From NCBI GenBank assembly GCA_963711565.1, contig CAVQEQ010000002.1:160001-224000 (forward strand): a DNA stretch of 64,000 bases, written 5' to 3'. A program made the position numbers and the translations under genes. Of the stretch, positions 39,287-49,170 are shown one piece after another. The notes under the pieces were generated by a model. That model had not been told where the DNA came from. It did not search any database and saw only the letters and a list, made by a program, of their open reading frames with translations. This stretch comes from an uncultured delta proteobacterium. Lineage in GTDB: Bacteria > Desulfobacterota > Binatia > Binatales > Binataceae. Positions within the stretch are counted from its first letter, which is position 1. Each line of letters opens with the position of its first letter.

Positions 39287-39925
39287 TCACCTTCCGTTTG
39301 TCGAATGGTTCGAATCCAGGTCGCGCACCATCGCGGCGCACACCCGCTTGGTCGTTTCCAACGCGCGCACAAACTCGGGCGTATCGATTTCGCCGTCAAG
39401 CAGGACGCGCTCAAGAGCCAATGACTCGAGTTGCCCGAAGACGATTCCCATCAAATCGTGCAGTTCGATTTCGCGGCCAGGCGGCCAGTCGAGAATCGCC
39501 CTGAGTCCCAGTTCAAAGCCATGTCCAAAGCGCTCGCTGGCGGCGCGCACCGCGTCGTTGAGCGCGGGATCGGTGCGGCTGGCGACGACCAGCTCCAGCC
39601 ATGCGTAGAAGGTCACTCCCTTGAACATCGGCCACATCGCATCGATAAGGACGGCGACGCGATGCTCGCGATTTCCGGGCGGCGGCTCGGCGATTGCGGC
39701 GCTCATTTCGGCGAGCCGCAGCTCGAACACATGCTCGAGCGCACTGACGACGAGCTCGTCTTTTTTCGGAAAATGATGCAGCTGCGCGCCGCGTGAGACT
39801 CCGGCGCGGCTGGCGATTTCGGTCGTCGTCGTGCCCGCGTATCCACGCTCGAACAGGCAGGCGACGGTAGCATCGAGCAGCCGTCGTCGAGTCTCAGCAC
39901 TGCGCTCTTCTTGTAGGGCAGACAT
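39287..39925 (-). CDS. TetR/AcrR family regulator
   Basis: RSAETRRRLLDAT...AGVSRGAQLHHFPKK. Confidence 0.93.
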   Translation of the reverse strand: MSALQEERSAETRRRLLDATVACLFERGYAGTTTTEIASRAGVSRGAQLHHFPKKDELVVSALEHVFELRLAEMSAAIAEPPPGNREHRVAVLIDAMWPMFKGVTFYAWLELVVASRTDPALNDAVRAASERFGHGFELGLRAILDWPPGREIELHDLMGIVFGQLESLALERVLLDGEIDTPEFVRALETTKRVCAAMVRDLDSNHSTNGR

Positions 39926-39956
39926 TGATCACCTCTGGAATGGTGGTAGCTAACAT

Positions 39957-39989
39957 ACAGGCAAGATTGTTACAAGCAATCGAGACTGT
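39957..39989. promoter_or_regulatory. Two putative TetR operators (CAGTC-N2-GACTG-like)
   Basis: ACAGGCaaGATTGT (39957-39970) and CAATCgaGACTG (39977-39988), upstream of TetR. Confidence 0.5.
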
Positions 39990-40039
39990 TTCTCTCTGAT
40001 ATAGCCCTATCTTACGAGCTAATTCGCGATCTTATCGGG

Positions 40040-40840
40040 TCAGCGGCCCTTGAAATTGGGGCGGCGCTTCTCCAGGAATGCGCGCACACCTTCGCGATAG
40101 TCTTCGCTGTCGAAGCATCGCGCGACTATCGCGGAGACCGACTTCGGGTCGCGATCCTCGCGATCTTTCAGGCTCTCGCGAATCGCCAGCTTGGCGGCGG
40201 CCATCGTCAGCGGCGCGTTGGTCGCCATCTTGAGCACGTAATCGCGGACGTTCTCCTCGAGCTTTTCGGGATCGACGACGCGGTTGATCAATCCCATCTG
40301 CAGCGCCTCTTCCGCGTCGAACAGGCGCGCCGACAGCAGGATGTCGCGCGCGTTAGCGGGCCCGACAGTATGCGCGAGCATGTTGACGCCCTCCAGTGGA
40401 TACGCGAGACCCAGCCGCGCGGCGGGGACTCCGAAGCGGGTGCCACGCGCGGCAATCCGGATGTCGCATGAGAGCGCGACCTGCACGCCGCCGCCGATGC
40501 ATACGCCGGAGATCATCGCGATGACCGGCTTGCGGCATTCGACCAGCGCGGCGATCGCGCTGTTGGGGGCGTCGCGATACGCACGGGCCTGCGTCGCGTC
40601 GGCGCGCATCGCGGGGAACTCCGAGATATCTGCGCCCGCGATAAACGCCTGCGGTGTGCCGCCGCGCATGACGATCACGCGAATCGCGTCGTCGCTCGCG
40701 AGTTCGGCGACGCCTTCCGCAATCCGCTGCCAGGTCCTAAAATTGAGCGCGTTGCGGACTTGAGGCCGGTTGAGCACCAGCCATCCGATCGGCGCCTCGT
40801 GGGTTACTATCAACGGATCGACTGAACTTTCATCCTTCAC
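40040..40840 (-). CDS. Enoyl-CoA hydratase/isomerase family protein
   Basis: RNAL, AGADISEF, KPVIAMISG.CIGGG, DYREGVRAFLEKR. Confidence 0.9.
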   Translation of the reverse strand: MKDESSVDPLIVTHEAPIGWLVLNRPQVRNALNFRTWQRIAEGVAELASDDAIRVIVMRGGTPQAFIAGADISEFPAMRADATQARAYRDAPNSAIAALVECRKPVIAMISGVCIGGGVQVALSCDIRIAARGTRFGVPAARLGLAYPLEGVNMLAHTVGPANARDILLSARLFDAEEALQMGLINRVVDPEKLEENVRDYVLKMATNAPLTMAAAKLAIRESLKDREDRDPKSVSAIVARCFDSEDYREGVRAFLEKRRPNFKGR

Positions 40841-40865
40841 GGATTTCGCACCTCTGGCGGGATTT

Positions 40866-41291
40866 ATGACGATAATCGAGCGGGCTTCAAGTGAGGATTT
40901 TGAGCACATTTGTGCGCTGGACGAAACTGCCCACAGACCTCCACGGTGCCGCCTTATCGGTGACTCGTGCGCCAACGGACGCGTCGCAGTCGCGCGCGTG
41001 GATGGCGTAATTCGTGGCTACGTCATCTTCGATGAGAGTTTCTTCGACCAGTTTTACGTGCGCCTGCTGATGGTTCATCCCGATTTTCGCCGCCACGGAC
41101 TCGCGACCGCGCTGATGCGCGCGGCCGAGCTCGAGTGTCAGACCGGCAAACTGTTCACCTCGACCAACCAGTCGAACCTTCCGATGCAGCGGCTGTGCGA
41201 TCGATTGGGATTTGTGAAAAGCGGCTACGTCGAGAATCTTGACGAGGGCGATCCGGAAGTAATCTATGTGAAGCTGCTCGCGCGAGGCTGA
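40866..41291 (+). CDS. GNAT acetyltransferase
   Basis: VHPDFRRHGLAT, STNQSN.PMQ, LGF. Confidence 0.85.
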   Translation: MTIIERASSEDFEHICALDETAHRPPRCRLIGDSCANGRVAVARVDGVIRGYVIFDESFFDQFYVRLLMVHPDFRRHGLATALMRAAELECQTGKLFTSTNQSNLPMQRLCDRLGFVKSGYVENLDEGDPEVIYVKLLARG

Positions 41292-42031
41292 AAGACGAAG
41301 AAGTCCACCGGCTCGACCACGCGCTCATGCGGCGGCGCGGTCTTCGCATACTCGCGAATAGCTGTCAGTCCCGCTTCGAATTCCTGATCGGAAAGCTGCA
41401 CGAGAATCGAATCCGCGCGATAGACAAGCTTTTCCGCGTATGCGCTCCAGCTTTCTGCGACTTCGCTAGAAATCAGTTCATGGCGGATAAGCCTGAAGCC
41501 GGCGCTTGCGAAAGTTGATTCGATGAAAGCCTGCGATTGAAGCGCGCGGTTGAGAAGCGGCCGGCTGCTCGGGAAGAACTCGAGGTAGGCGTACCGATCG
41601 ATCCGCTCAATCGTACCTGCGCGCAGGCAAACGGCACCGTCCGGACGGAGCACGCGACGGCATTCGGCGGCGGCGCGGTCGGGATGATCGAAGTGATGGA
41701 ACGCCATCGAGATGAAAACCATGTCCGTCAACGCGTCGTGAAGCGGCAGGGATTCCGCGGATGCTCGCTCGCATCGAACGCGTGGTGAGGCTTTGCGGCG
41801 AGCCTCGGCGAGCATCTTCTCTGACGGGTCAATCGCGGTGACGGTCGCGTCGTAGTAGTCCGCCAGCGCATTCGAGTAGCGGCCGGTGCCGCATCCAAGG
41901 TCGAGAATTTCCGCAACCGAGCCCTTGGGCACGGACTGCGAAATTACATCGAGCCAGTACGCGAGCACGCCCGGCGAGTAGCCGCGGCCTGCGTCGTAGG
42001 CGGCGGGCATATCTGTTTTGTCGTAGTTCAA
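41264..42031 (-). CDS. Class I SAM-dependent methyltransferase
   Basis: ILDLGCGTG, RVLRPDG. Confidence 0.9.
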   Translation of the reverse strand: MNYDKTDMPAAYDAGRGYSPGVLAYWLDVISQSVPKGSVAEILDLGCGTGRYSNALADYYDATVTAIDPSEKMLAEARRKASPRVRCERASAESLPLHDALTDMVFISMAFHHFDHPDRAAAECRRVLRPDGAVCLRAGTIERIDRYAYLEFFPSSRPLLNRALQSQAFIESTFASAGFRLIRHELISSEVAESWSAYAEKLVYRADSILVQLSDQEFEAGLTAIREYAKTAPPHERVVEPVDFFVFQPRASSFT

Positions 42032-42034
42032 TAC

Positions 42035-42895
42035 TTAAATCTTCGCGATTACGTCGTCGTGCAATTTCTCTAGGCCGCGCGTCAGGCCTTCCGCATCAAA
42101 CGCAGGCGGAGCGATCACCACTCGCGACACTCCTATCTCTGCGAGCGCCTTCAGATCGTCAACGCGCGAGCGGCCCATGCATGACAGCTCGATCTTCTTT
42201 GGGTCGCGTCCGGCTTTTTCGGCCTCCGACTTCATCAGCGCGAACAGTTCCTTGAGCTTGGGAATTTCCGCGAGCGCCGGGAAAAAGCCGTCGCCGTATC
42301 GCCCTGCGCGTTTCGCCGCGGCCGGCGAATGTCCGCCGACATGAATCGGCACGCCACCCTTTTGCACGGGCTTCGGAAAGCATTTCACCGGGCCGAAGTT
42401 GAAATATTTGCCGTGAAATGACGCGGCGTCGTCGCTCCACAACGCGCGCAACGATTTGATCGCCTCGTCGGTACGCGCGCCGCGCGTGTGAAAATCGATG
42501 CCGAGCGAGGTGAACTCCTCCTCGAGCCATCCGCTGCCGATGCCGAGGATCGCGCGGCCGCCCGACAGCACGTCGAGCGTGGCCACTTCCTTGGCGACGT
42601 ACAGCGGATGCCGCTGCGGAAGGATCAGCACGCCGGTCGCGAGCTTGATTTTTTTCGTCACGGCAGCCGCGAACGCGAGCGGCAGCAGCGGATCGGGAAT
42701 CGCGACATCTTCGCCGCCGGGAATCTTCCCAGTGGACGAGTACGGATAGGGCGATTTGTAGTCCTGCGGGATGACGACGTGCTCGACGGTCCAGAGCGAC
42801 TCGACACCGCATCGCTCGGCCGTGGTTGAGAGATGGGCGAGCAGGGCGGGATCGCTGAACGGTCCGGAGTTGACGAACATCAGGCCAAGTTTCAT
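42035..42895 (-). CDS. LLM-class F420-dependent oxidoreductase (Rv2161c-like)
   Basis: SLWTVEHVVIP, LATGVLILPQRHP, TLDVLSGGR. Confidence 0.88.
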   Translation of the reverse strand: MKLGLMFVNSGPFSDPALLAHLSTTAERCGVESLWTVEHVVIPQDYKSPYPYSSTGKIPGGEDVAIPDPLLPLAFAAAVTKKIKLATGVLILPQRHPLYVAKEVATLDVLSGGRAILGIGSGWLEEEFTSLGIDFHTRGARTDEAIKSLRALWSDDAASFHGKYFNFGPVKCFPKPVQKGGVPIHVGGHSPAAAKRAGRYGDGFFPALAEIPKLKELFALMKSEAEKAGRDPKKIELSCMGRSRVDDLKALAEIGVSRVVIAPPAFDAEGLTRGLEKLHDDVIAKI

Positions 42896-42978
42896 TTTTG
42901 GTACCTCGCTGCGGAATGCGGGCCTACTCTATCGTCGTTGGAATAGCGATGAAAAGGAGATCGTGCACGCACCGCAGA

Positions 42979-43036
42979 ACCCTCACCGCCAGCCGCGTTG
43001 CAGCCGGCCGCCTCTCCCGTAGAAAAACGGGCGAGG
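42979..43036 (+). repeat. REP/MITE-like palindromic element
   Basis: CCCTCACC...CCTCTCCCGT-AGAAAA-ACGGGCGAGG; architecture related to the 537/62398 element. Confidence 0.5.
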
Positions 43037-43098
43037 TAAGAGTTCGACGTGCGCTGTTCCCTTGTTCAAATTTCGTGGGCGCGTTAGTTAGTTGAGTC

Positions 43099-43974
43099 AT
43101 GGATATTGGAAAAGTCGGAATATGGTTCTTCCTCGACGCGATGGCGGCGCCGGACAGCGCCGAGTTTGCCAAGCAGGTCGAGAAGAATGGCTACAAGGTG
43201 CTGTGGATACCCGAGGCCGTCGGCCGCGAACCCTTCGCGCACGCCGCGTATCTACTCAGCCATACTGAGCGGCTGTCGATTGCGACCGGCATCGCGAACA
43301 TCTGGGCGCGCGACGCGATTACGATGGGCGCCGCGTCGAAGACCGTCGCCGAACTTTCCGGCGGGCGCTTTTTGCTCGGTATCGGCGTCAGTCACAAGCC
43401 TCTCGTCAGCAACCTGCGCGGCCACAACTACGACAAGCCTTACAGCTTCATGAAAGAGTATCTGCCGAAGATGAAGGGTGCGCTCTACCTCGCGCCCGCG
43501 CCGAAGGAGCCGGTGCCCGTGGTGCTCGCGGCGTTGCATCCCAAGATGCTCGCGCTGTCGGCGGCCGAAGCAAATGGCACGCACACCTACTTCGTGCCGC
43601 CCGAGCATACCGCGAAAGCGCGCGCGCAAATCGGACCGAATGCGATGTTGTGTGCGGCGCAGGCCGTCATCCTGGAAACCGACGCGGCCAAGGCTCGCAA
43701 AGCGGCGCGCGATTACATGAAGACCTACGTGCCCCGCCTGCCTAACTATACGAACAACCTGAAAGCGCTCGGATGGGCTGACAGCGAATTCGAGAACGGA
43801 TGCTCCGACAAGCTGGTCAACGCAATCGTTGCGTGGGGCACCGAAGATAAGATTCGCGATCGCATCGACGCGCACCTGAAGGCCGGCGCCTCGCACGTCT
43901 GTATCTTGCCGCTGCGCGCCGACGGCGCACCGCAGCCCGACATGCGCACAGTCCAGGCGTTCGCACAGCGATGA
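43099..43974 (+). CDS. LLM-class F420-dependent oxidoreductase (MSMEG_4141-like)
   Basis: ATGIANIW, GRFLLGIGVSH, PPEHT..AR, LPNYTNNL. Confidence 0.88.
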   Translation: MDIGKVGIWFFLDAMAAPDSAEFAKQVEKNGYKVLWIPEAVGREPFAHAAYLLSHTERLSIATGIANIWARDAITMGAASKTVAELSGGRFLLGIGVSHKPLVSNLRGHNYDKPYSFMKEYLPKMKGALYLAPAPKEPVPVVLAALHPKMLALSAAEANGTHTYFVPPEHTAKARAQIGPNAMLCAAQAVILETDAAKARKAARDYMKTYVPRLPNYTNNLKALGWADSEFENGCSDKLVNAIVAWGTEDKIRDRIDAHLKAGASHVCILPLRADGAPQPDMRTVQAFAQR

Positions 43975-44375
43975 GGGCGTCGTCGATGCGCCGATTGTTT
44001 TTCGCGTTGCCCGTCGTCGTCCTTGCGATCGCTGTCGCCGGATGCTCATCGACTAGCGAGCAGCAAGCCCAGCAATCTGAAGCCGCGGCAGCCAAGGCAC
44101 AGCAGGCGGCAGAACAGGCGGAACAAGACGCCGCCAAGGCGCAAGCCGCCGCAGACAAAGCGACCGAGGCGGCGGATCGCGCGACCAAGGCAGTGCAGGA
44201 GGCGACCATTGAAATCAACCGCGTCGCCGATCATATCGATCAGATGCAACGCGATCGCGAAGCCGCGATGCATCGACACCGGCGCTCGCACGTGACGAAG
44301 TCCGCACGGAAAGCTGCGGCTGCGAAGACTGCCGCAGCCGCGCCCGCGGCGGCGCCGTCGTCATCGACGAAATAG
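43971..44375 (+). CDS. Alanine-zipper (Lpp/OprI-like) lipoprotein
   Basis: Lipobox VAGC, A/Q/K coiled coil, basic tail. Confidence 0.65.
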   Translation: MRASSMRRLFFALPVVVLAIAVAGCSSTSEQQAQQSEAAAAKAQQAAEQAEQDAAKAQAAADKATEAADRATKAVQEATIEINRVADHIDQMQRDREAAMHRHRRSHVTKSARKAAAAKTAAAAPAAAPSSSTK

Positions 44376-44394
44376 CACGCGCGCGCTCGAACAC

Positions 44395-45414
44395 ATGCCT
44401 GAGCCAATCAAATCGCAAGCAGCCCGCGCGCCCACCGAAGCGGACATTCGCGCCGAGAATCCATCCCCGCAACTCCGCCGGCATGCCTGGATCAATATCG
44501 CGGGGCCGATCGCCGCGGTCTTTCTTGGAATCTTCGCCGCTGCGATGTACCTGCGGCCCGTCGATGTTCTCCGCTGGATTCAGATCTCGCGCCTCGGATG
44601 GTCGGGGGTGACGCAGAACGACCTCGCGCTCAAGGACGGCCTCATCACGTACCTGATGACCGGCGGCTATTCGGGGATGGAGCCGGTGGTGATGATTCAC
44701 GGGCTCGGCCCGAACGCCGCGCTGGTGTGGCGCGGCATCATGCCGCCGGCAGCGGACGCGCACTACAAAGTCATCGCGCCCAACCTGCCCGGCTTTGCCT
44801 CATCCGATCACAAGCAGGTCCAGTATTCGATCGCGTACGAGGCCGATGCCGTCGCGCAGATGATCGACGAGTTGAAGCTCGATCACGTCAACCTGATCGG
44901 CAACGATCTCGGCGCCGACGTCGCGCTCTACTACGCCGTCGAGCATCCCGACAAAGTGGAGCGGATGGTGCTGGTGTCGGGCGGCTTGGTTGGCGCGCGC
45001 GGCGCTGAAAAGCTGCGGCAGGGCATGCTCCCGACGACGCCGGAGGCCGTCCGCGCGCAAGTCGAGGCGAGTTTTTTCGATTTGCCTCCGATGCCGGACT
45101 TCATCTATCAGCGCATGATGGGAGAGTTAAATGGCGACCTGCAGGCCGAGACCGACATGATTAATTCGGTGCCCCGCGACGAGGCGCACATCCGCTCGAA
45201 AATAGGCCAGGTCTTCAACACGCTCACGATCATAATGTGGGGCGCGAAAAATCCGTACTTCTCGAGCTTCGAAGCAGAGGCGTTGCACGCCGCGATGCCT
45301 GGTTCAGCGACGGTGGTCTTCAAAACCTCCGGCGTCTATCCGCAACTGGAACATCCCGACGATTTCGCCGAGTCCCTTATCTTCGTAATCAAGCAGGAAG
45401 AAGGCGGCCGCTAA
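44395..45414 (+). CDS. Membrane-anchored alpha/beta hydrolase fold protein (non-canonical triad)
   Basis: N-terminal TM; IHGLG; GNDLG nucleophile elbow; SGVYPQLE where GH is expected. Confidence 0.8.
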   Translation: MPEPIKSQAARAPTEADIRAENPSPQLRRHAWINIAGPIAAVFLGIFAAAMYLRPVDVLRWIQISRLGWSGVTQNDLALKDGLITYLMTGGYSGMEPVVMIHGLGPNAALVWRGIMPPAADAHYKVIAPNLPGFASSDHKQVQYSIAYEADAVAQMIDELKLDHVNLIGNDLGADVALYYAVEHPDKVERMVLVSGGLVGARGAEKLRQGMLPTTPEAVRAQVEASFFDLPPMPDFIYQRMMGELNGDLQAETDMINSVPRDEAHIRSKIGQVFNTLTIIMWGAKNPYFSSFEAEALHAAMPGSATVVFKTSGVYPQLEHPDDFAESLIFVIKQEEGGR

Positions 45415-45530
45415 CTACCTTCTTATCTCAATATCACAGCATCGTATGCGATCGATTCAGATGTAGGTTTCGAACGGGCGTTGAGCAAAATTGTAAGGCA
45501 CTCCGGCCGAAGGTCGCGAGAACCAAATCA

Positions 45531-46190
45531 ATGCTGAAAGGGATTCTATGGGACAACGATGGAGTGCTGATCGATACGGAAGGTTTGTACTTCCGGGCGA
45601 CGCGCGATGTGCTGGGAAGCGCAGGGGTTGAACTAAGTCGCGAACGGTACGTGGAGTGGTCTTTGCGCCAGGGGCGAAGCTCCTTCGATCTCCTGCGGGA
45701 GCAAGGCTGCACTCCGGCGCAGATCGAGGAGCTTCGTTTTCAGCGCAATCAAGCGTATTCACGGATGCTCGCAAACGGACCAGGTATGATGGATGGAATT
45801 GTGGAGATCCTCACCTTGTTGCGCCCGAAATTCCGAATGGCGATAGTTACCACTTCACGGCGCGAGCACTTTGAGGTGATGCATCAGCGTTCGAATCTGT
45901 CTCAATTCTTCGAGTTCGCGCTAACGCGAGAGGACTATGGGCGTTCGAAGCCTCACCCGGAACCCTACCTCACCGCGCTGGAGCGGTTACAGCTAAGCGC
46001 AAAAGAGTGCATTGCAATCGAAGACTCTCAGCGCGGGCTGGCGGCAGCGAACGCGGCCGGACTGCGTTGTATTGTGATTCCGAACAGCATGACTATCGGG
46101 AGCGCCTTTAGCGACGCCGCGATGGTTATCTCTGATGCCGCAGCGCTGCCGGGCGCGCTTTTTCGTTTTGCAAGTACTCCCTCTTCCTGA
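45531..46190 (+). CDS. HAD family phosphatase (subfamily IA)
   Basis: WDNDGVLIDTE, KPHPEPY, IEDS..G. Confidence 0.9.
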   Translation: MLKGILWDNDGVLIDTEGLYFRATRDVLGSAGVELSRERYVEWSLRQGRSSFDLLREQGCTPAQIEELRFQRNQAYSRMLANGPGMMDGIVEILTLLRPKFRMAIVTTSRREHFEVMHQRSNLSQFFEFALTREDYGRSKPHPEPYLTALERLQLSAKECIAIEDSQRGLAAANAAGLRCIVIPNSMTIGSAFSDAAMVISDAAALPGALFRFASTPSS

Positions 46191-46198
46191 GGAAAGCC

Positions 46199-46400
46199 AT
46201 GGAATTACTGACGCAGAGCCGTCTCGACCATCGTGGCGCGCGCGATGTTGTGCAGACTCTTGCAAATGATACCCATCGAATGTGTAGTGCGTGGATACCC
46301 GTCCGGGTCGGCGTGGAAGGAGTACCGTGCGCTGGGGACGCTCGCAGGCGAACCATTGCCGGCTGGGCTGCGACAGAGCGAGCGTCTGAATCGCCCAGAT
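46199..46400 (+). pseudogene. purC: purC (SAICAR synthetase) remnant
   Basis: RAMLCRLLQMIPIECVVRGYPSGSAWKEY..GTLAGEPLPAGLRQSERL matches the PurC core motif; both ends are missing. Confidence 0.75.
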
Positions 46401-46439
46401 GAATTTGGACTTATTTGTTTTACTATCGCCGACTCTCGA

Positions 46440-48080
46440 TCAAAAGGTGTTCCAGAACGAGTCACAGTTGTGAAAGGTGTTAAAGTTGGTCTCGGGCATC
46501 GGCGTTGGCGGCACCAACGACTGGAATTGATCGACTGACGCGCGATAGGACGACCATTCAGGTTGGCCGGACGAGTTAGGGTTAAGTTTCTTGGCGAACT
46601 CGCTCCAGTAGCTGATCATGGCCTCGGAGAGCGCCTGCTGGTCGGCCGTAAATGGGAAGACATCGCCTGTTACGAGCATCAGGTACTGGATCTCGGCACC
46701 GTGATAAGCTCCCAGCGGAAAGCTTAGCCCTGGGATAGTGCCCGGAGGGGCGTTCTCATCATTGAACTCGTACGCATAGGTGGTCGTGAATTTCGACAAT
46801 AGCTTGTCCGCGTTTCGCGCAGGACAGCTAAAGACTCCGTCGGTACCCGAGGCGCTCAAGGCCAATCCGCCGTTCGGGTAACTGGCATAGGGATAGAGGC
46901 CCTCTACCGCGGACGCCAATGCTGAAGTCCATAGAGCGGTTACTGCGGCGTCGTATTCCTCCAATGTATCGATAGGATTGCCGGTTCCGTCGTACTCCTC
47001 AGCGACGAAGGCCCTGTATTCATCGTGATTGGTACCCGCGATGACGGGCACTTTGTTGAATTTGCCCGCGGCAAAGGCCGCGGCGGGAGTCTGCGTGAGC
47101 AGTTCCCGGTCGACGAAGGGATACAGCACCGATGCTTCCGCTGCGACAAGGGTATCAGCCGATACAGCTCGCAGGCACTCAGCGGATTGATCGCCGCATC
47201 CGACTGCTGTCGCGACGGAATTGCCCGATGGGGCAAAGCCGTCAACAGTCTCGGCAGTCAGGAGGGGCTCAATAGCACTAAAGTAGTCCTGGAATTCAAC
47301 GTAGGATCCGCTTTCCGCTATCGCTCCACGGAACAGTCCTTTGGCAAGGGGAGACGCGAGCTGGCAGTATATGCTCTGACCTCCGGCGGACTCACCGAAG
47401 ATAGTAACTTGCTTGGGATTGCCACCAAAGGCCTTGATGTTGGCCTTAACCCACTTGAGCGCGAATTGCTGATCCATCAACCCGTAGTTGCCGCTTTCAT
47501 GTCCTTCGGAGTCGAGCGCCGTCTGCGCCAGGAATCCCAACACACCCAGACGGTAGTTGATCGTGACAACTATAACTCTTCCTCCCTTCACGAGTGGCGT
47601 TGGATCGTATAGGTCGCCGCCGCCGGCGGTAAGTCCGCCGCCATGAATCCAAACCATCACGGGCAGAGCTTTCTTTTTAGCGGCATCCGCGGTTGCATCG
47701 CCGACTGGGTCTGTCGCGTCGGCAGGCGCCGCCTGCGCGGGAGTATAAACATTGAGGAACAGGCAATCCTCGCTGCCGGTCGGTCCGGGTTGAGTACATT
47801 CACTGCCGAATTGGGTCGCCTCGAGCGGCATCGCAAACTTCCCGAAGGCTTGCGGTGGCATCCAGCGCAGAGCGCCAACCGGAGCCGCGGCGTAAGGGAT
47901 ACCGAGAAATTCGTTGACGCCATTAACCGTCATGCCGAGAACGGGACCGCTTTTCGTAATAGCGAACGGCGGCGGATACGATGGCTTCTTCTTTGCCGAT
48001 GCGGTCGCCGCAGGACCTAGTAGAATCGCGCAGATAGCGGTCAATGCGAGGACCAGTTTGGAAGTCTTTCCGTTCTTCAT
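46440..48080 (-). CDS. Secreted type-B carboxylesterase/lipase
   Basis: Signal peptide; EDCLFLN, WIHGGG, GESAG, AYHGAE. Confidence 0.93.
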   Translation of the reverse strand: MKNGKTSKLVLALTAICAILLGPAATASAKKKPSYPPPFAITKSGPVLGMTVNGVNEFLGIPYAAAPVGALRWMPPQAFGKFAMPLEATQFGSECTQPGPTGSEDCLFLNVYTPAQAAPADATDPVGDATADAAKKKALPVMVWIHGGGLTAGGGDLYDPTPLVKGGRVIVVTINYRLGVLGFLAQTALDSEGHESGNYGLMDQQFALKWVKANIKAFGGNPKQVTIFGESAGGQSIYCQLASPLAKGLFRGAIAESGSYVEFQDYFSAIEPLLTAETVDGFAPSGNSVATAVGCGDQSAECLRAVSADTLVAAEASVLYPFVDRELLTQTPAAAFAAGKFNKVPVIAGTNHDEYRAFVAEEYDGTGNPIDTLEEYDAAVTALWTSALASAVEGLYPYASYPNGGLALSASGTDGVFSCPARNADKLLSKFTTTYAYEFNDENAPPGTIPGLSFPLGAYHGAEIQYLMLVTGDVFPFTADQQALSEAMISYWSEFAKKLNPNSSGQPEWSSYRASVDQFQSLVPPTPMPETNFNTFHNCDSFWNTF

Positions 48081-48171
48081 CGATTCCGAGTCTCCAATGT
48101 GAGTTCTCACCTATGCACGGACGGCCCGCGCCCTGCAAGAAACATTTTCACATGCTGGAGTTCCGCTCAGT

Positions 48172-49170
48172 TCATGGCAGGTTTGCGCGCGAGACGCAGT
48201 GACCGTCATCCGGATCGAGCTTGCCGACGTTCCATACGCGATCCCACCGCAGCAGACTCGTATCCCGCTTGTTGTAGGGGCGCACTCGGACACATCGGCA
48301 GTCGGCATCTTTCAGCGGTACATTCATCACCAGATATTCGGTGACCACGGACTGTTCGAGCGACTGGGCGGCGGTGAGAGGAACGTTTCCTCCCTCGCTC
48401 ACGAGGAAACTGTTTTCGACTGAGTAGCCCAAGCCGGAAAAGCCCCATCCGATCCCATACAGATCAGAAAGTACGCCCCAGCCGGTCGTTCTCCTCGGGT
48501 CGGCCTCGAAGGGGGTTCCGGTGTATTGGAAGATGGTTGCACCGGTATCCACCGCGTTCTGCAACACCAATGGGACCATAACGTTGGCCTGGTCGGAAAA
48601 ACTTTGGGCCTTGCAGTATACCCGCTGGTCAACCGGATAGCCGGGATCGAGATCGGGCGTGGGACAGTCGGCGGGCGTATATACCATCAGGTCCGCGAGA
48701 TCCGAAGTCGCAAAGGTGAATACATTCGGCCAGCTGGCCACCCTCGGCTGGAGCTCGCCGGGGTCAGCAGCTTTGCAGCGCATCGCCACCAAGTCGTTAG
48801 TACTCGGATCGGGATCATCGCTGCCCACAAAGTGCGCGTTGTCTATTGCCCGCAGCGCGGGCTGGAACAGTATGGTGGCGCTCATGAACGCGCGCGCCTG
48901 TATGAGCTTGCCCTGGTAGACCAGGTCCGTTCTCCCGATGTTGAGCACCGGCGCGACGCTGCCAGGGAGGAAGAACACTCGCGTGAAATCGCCGTTAACA
49001 GCAACACCGCTATCGGGATCTGAGACGCGAGTGTTGTCGACCACCGTCGCCGGTGCCGGCGGAGCTGCCTGCACCGGGGTAGCAAGCGCGACGATGAAAA
49101 GTATCGCCACCAGCGCGGCCGCACGCCCGGCTCCGACGTGAGCCCTTAGAGACCTACAAGCACCGCCCAT
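48172..49170 (-). CDS. Secreted hypothetical protein
   Basis: Signal peptide (VQA/APP); 332 aa; six Cys in the mature part; no recognised domain. Confidence 0.7.
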   Translation of the reverse strand: MGGACRSLRAHVGAGRAAALVAILFIVALATPVQAAPPAPATVVDNTRVSDPDSGVAVNGDFTRVFFLPGSVAPVLNIGRTDLVYQGKLIQARAFMSATILFQPALRAIDNAHFVGSDDPDPSTNDLVAMRCKAADPGELQPRVASWPNVFTFATSDLADLMVYTPADCPTPDLDPGYPVDQRVYCKAQSFSDQANVMVPLVLQNAVDTGATIFQYTGTPFEADPRRTTGWGVLSDLYGIGWGFSGLGYSVENSFLVSEGGNVPLTAAQSLEQSVVTEYLVMNVPLKDADCRCVRVRPYNKRDTSLLRWDRVWNVGKLDPDDGHCVSRANLP

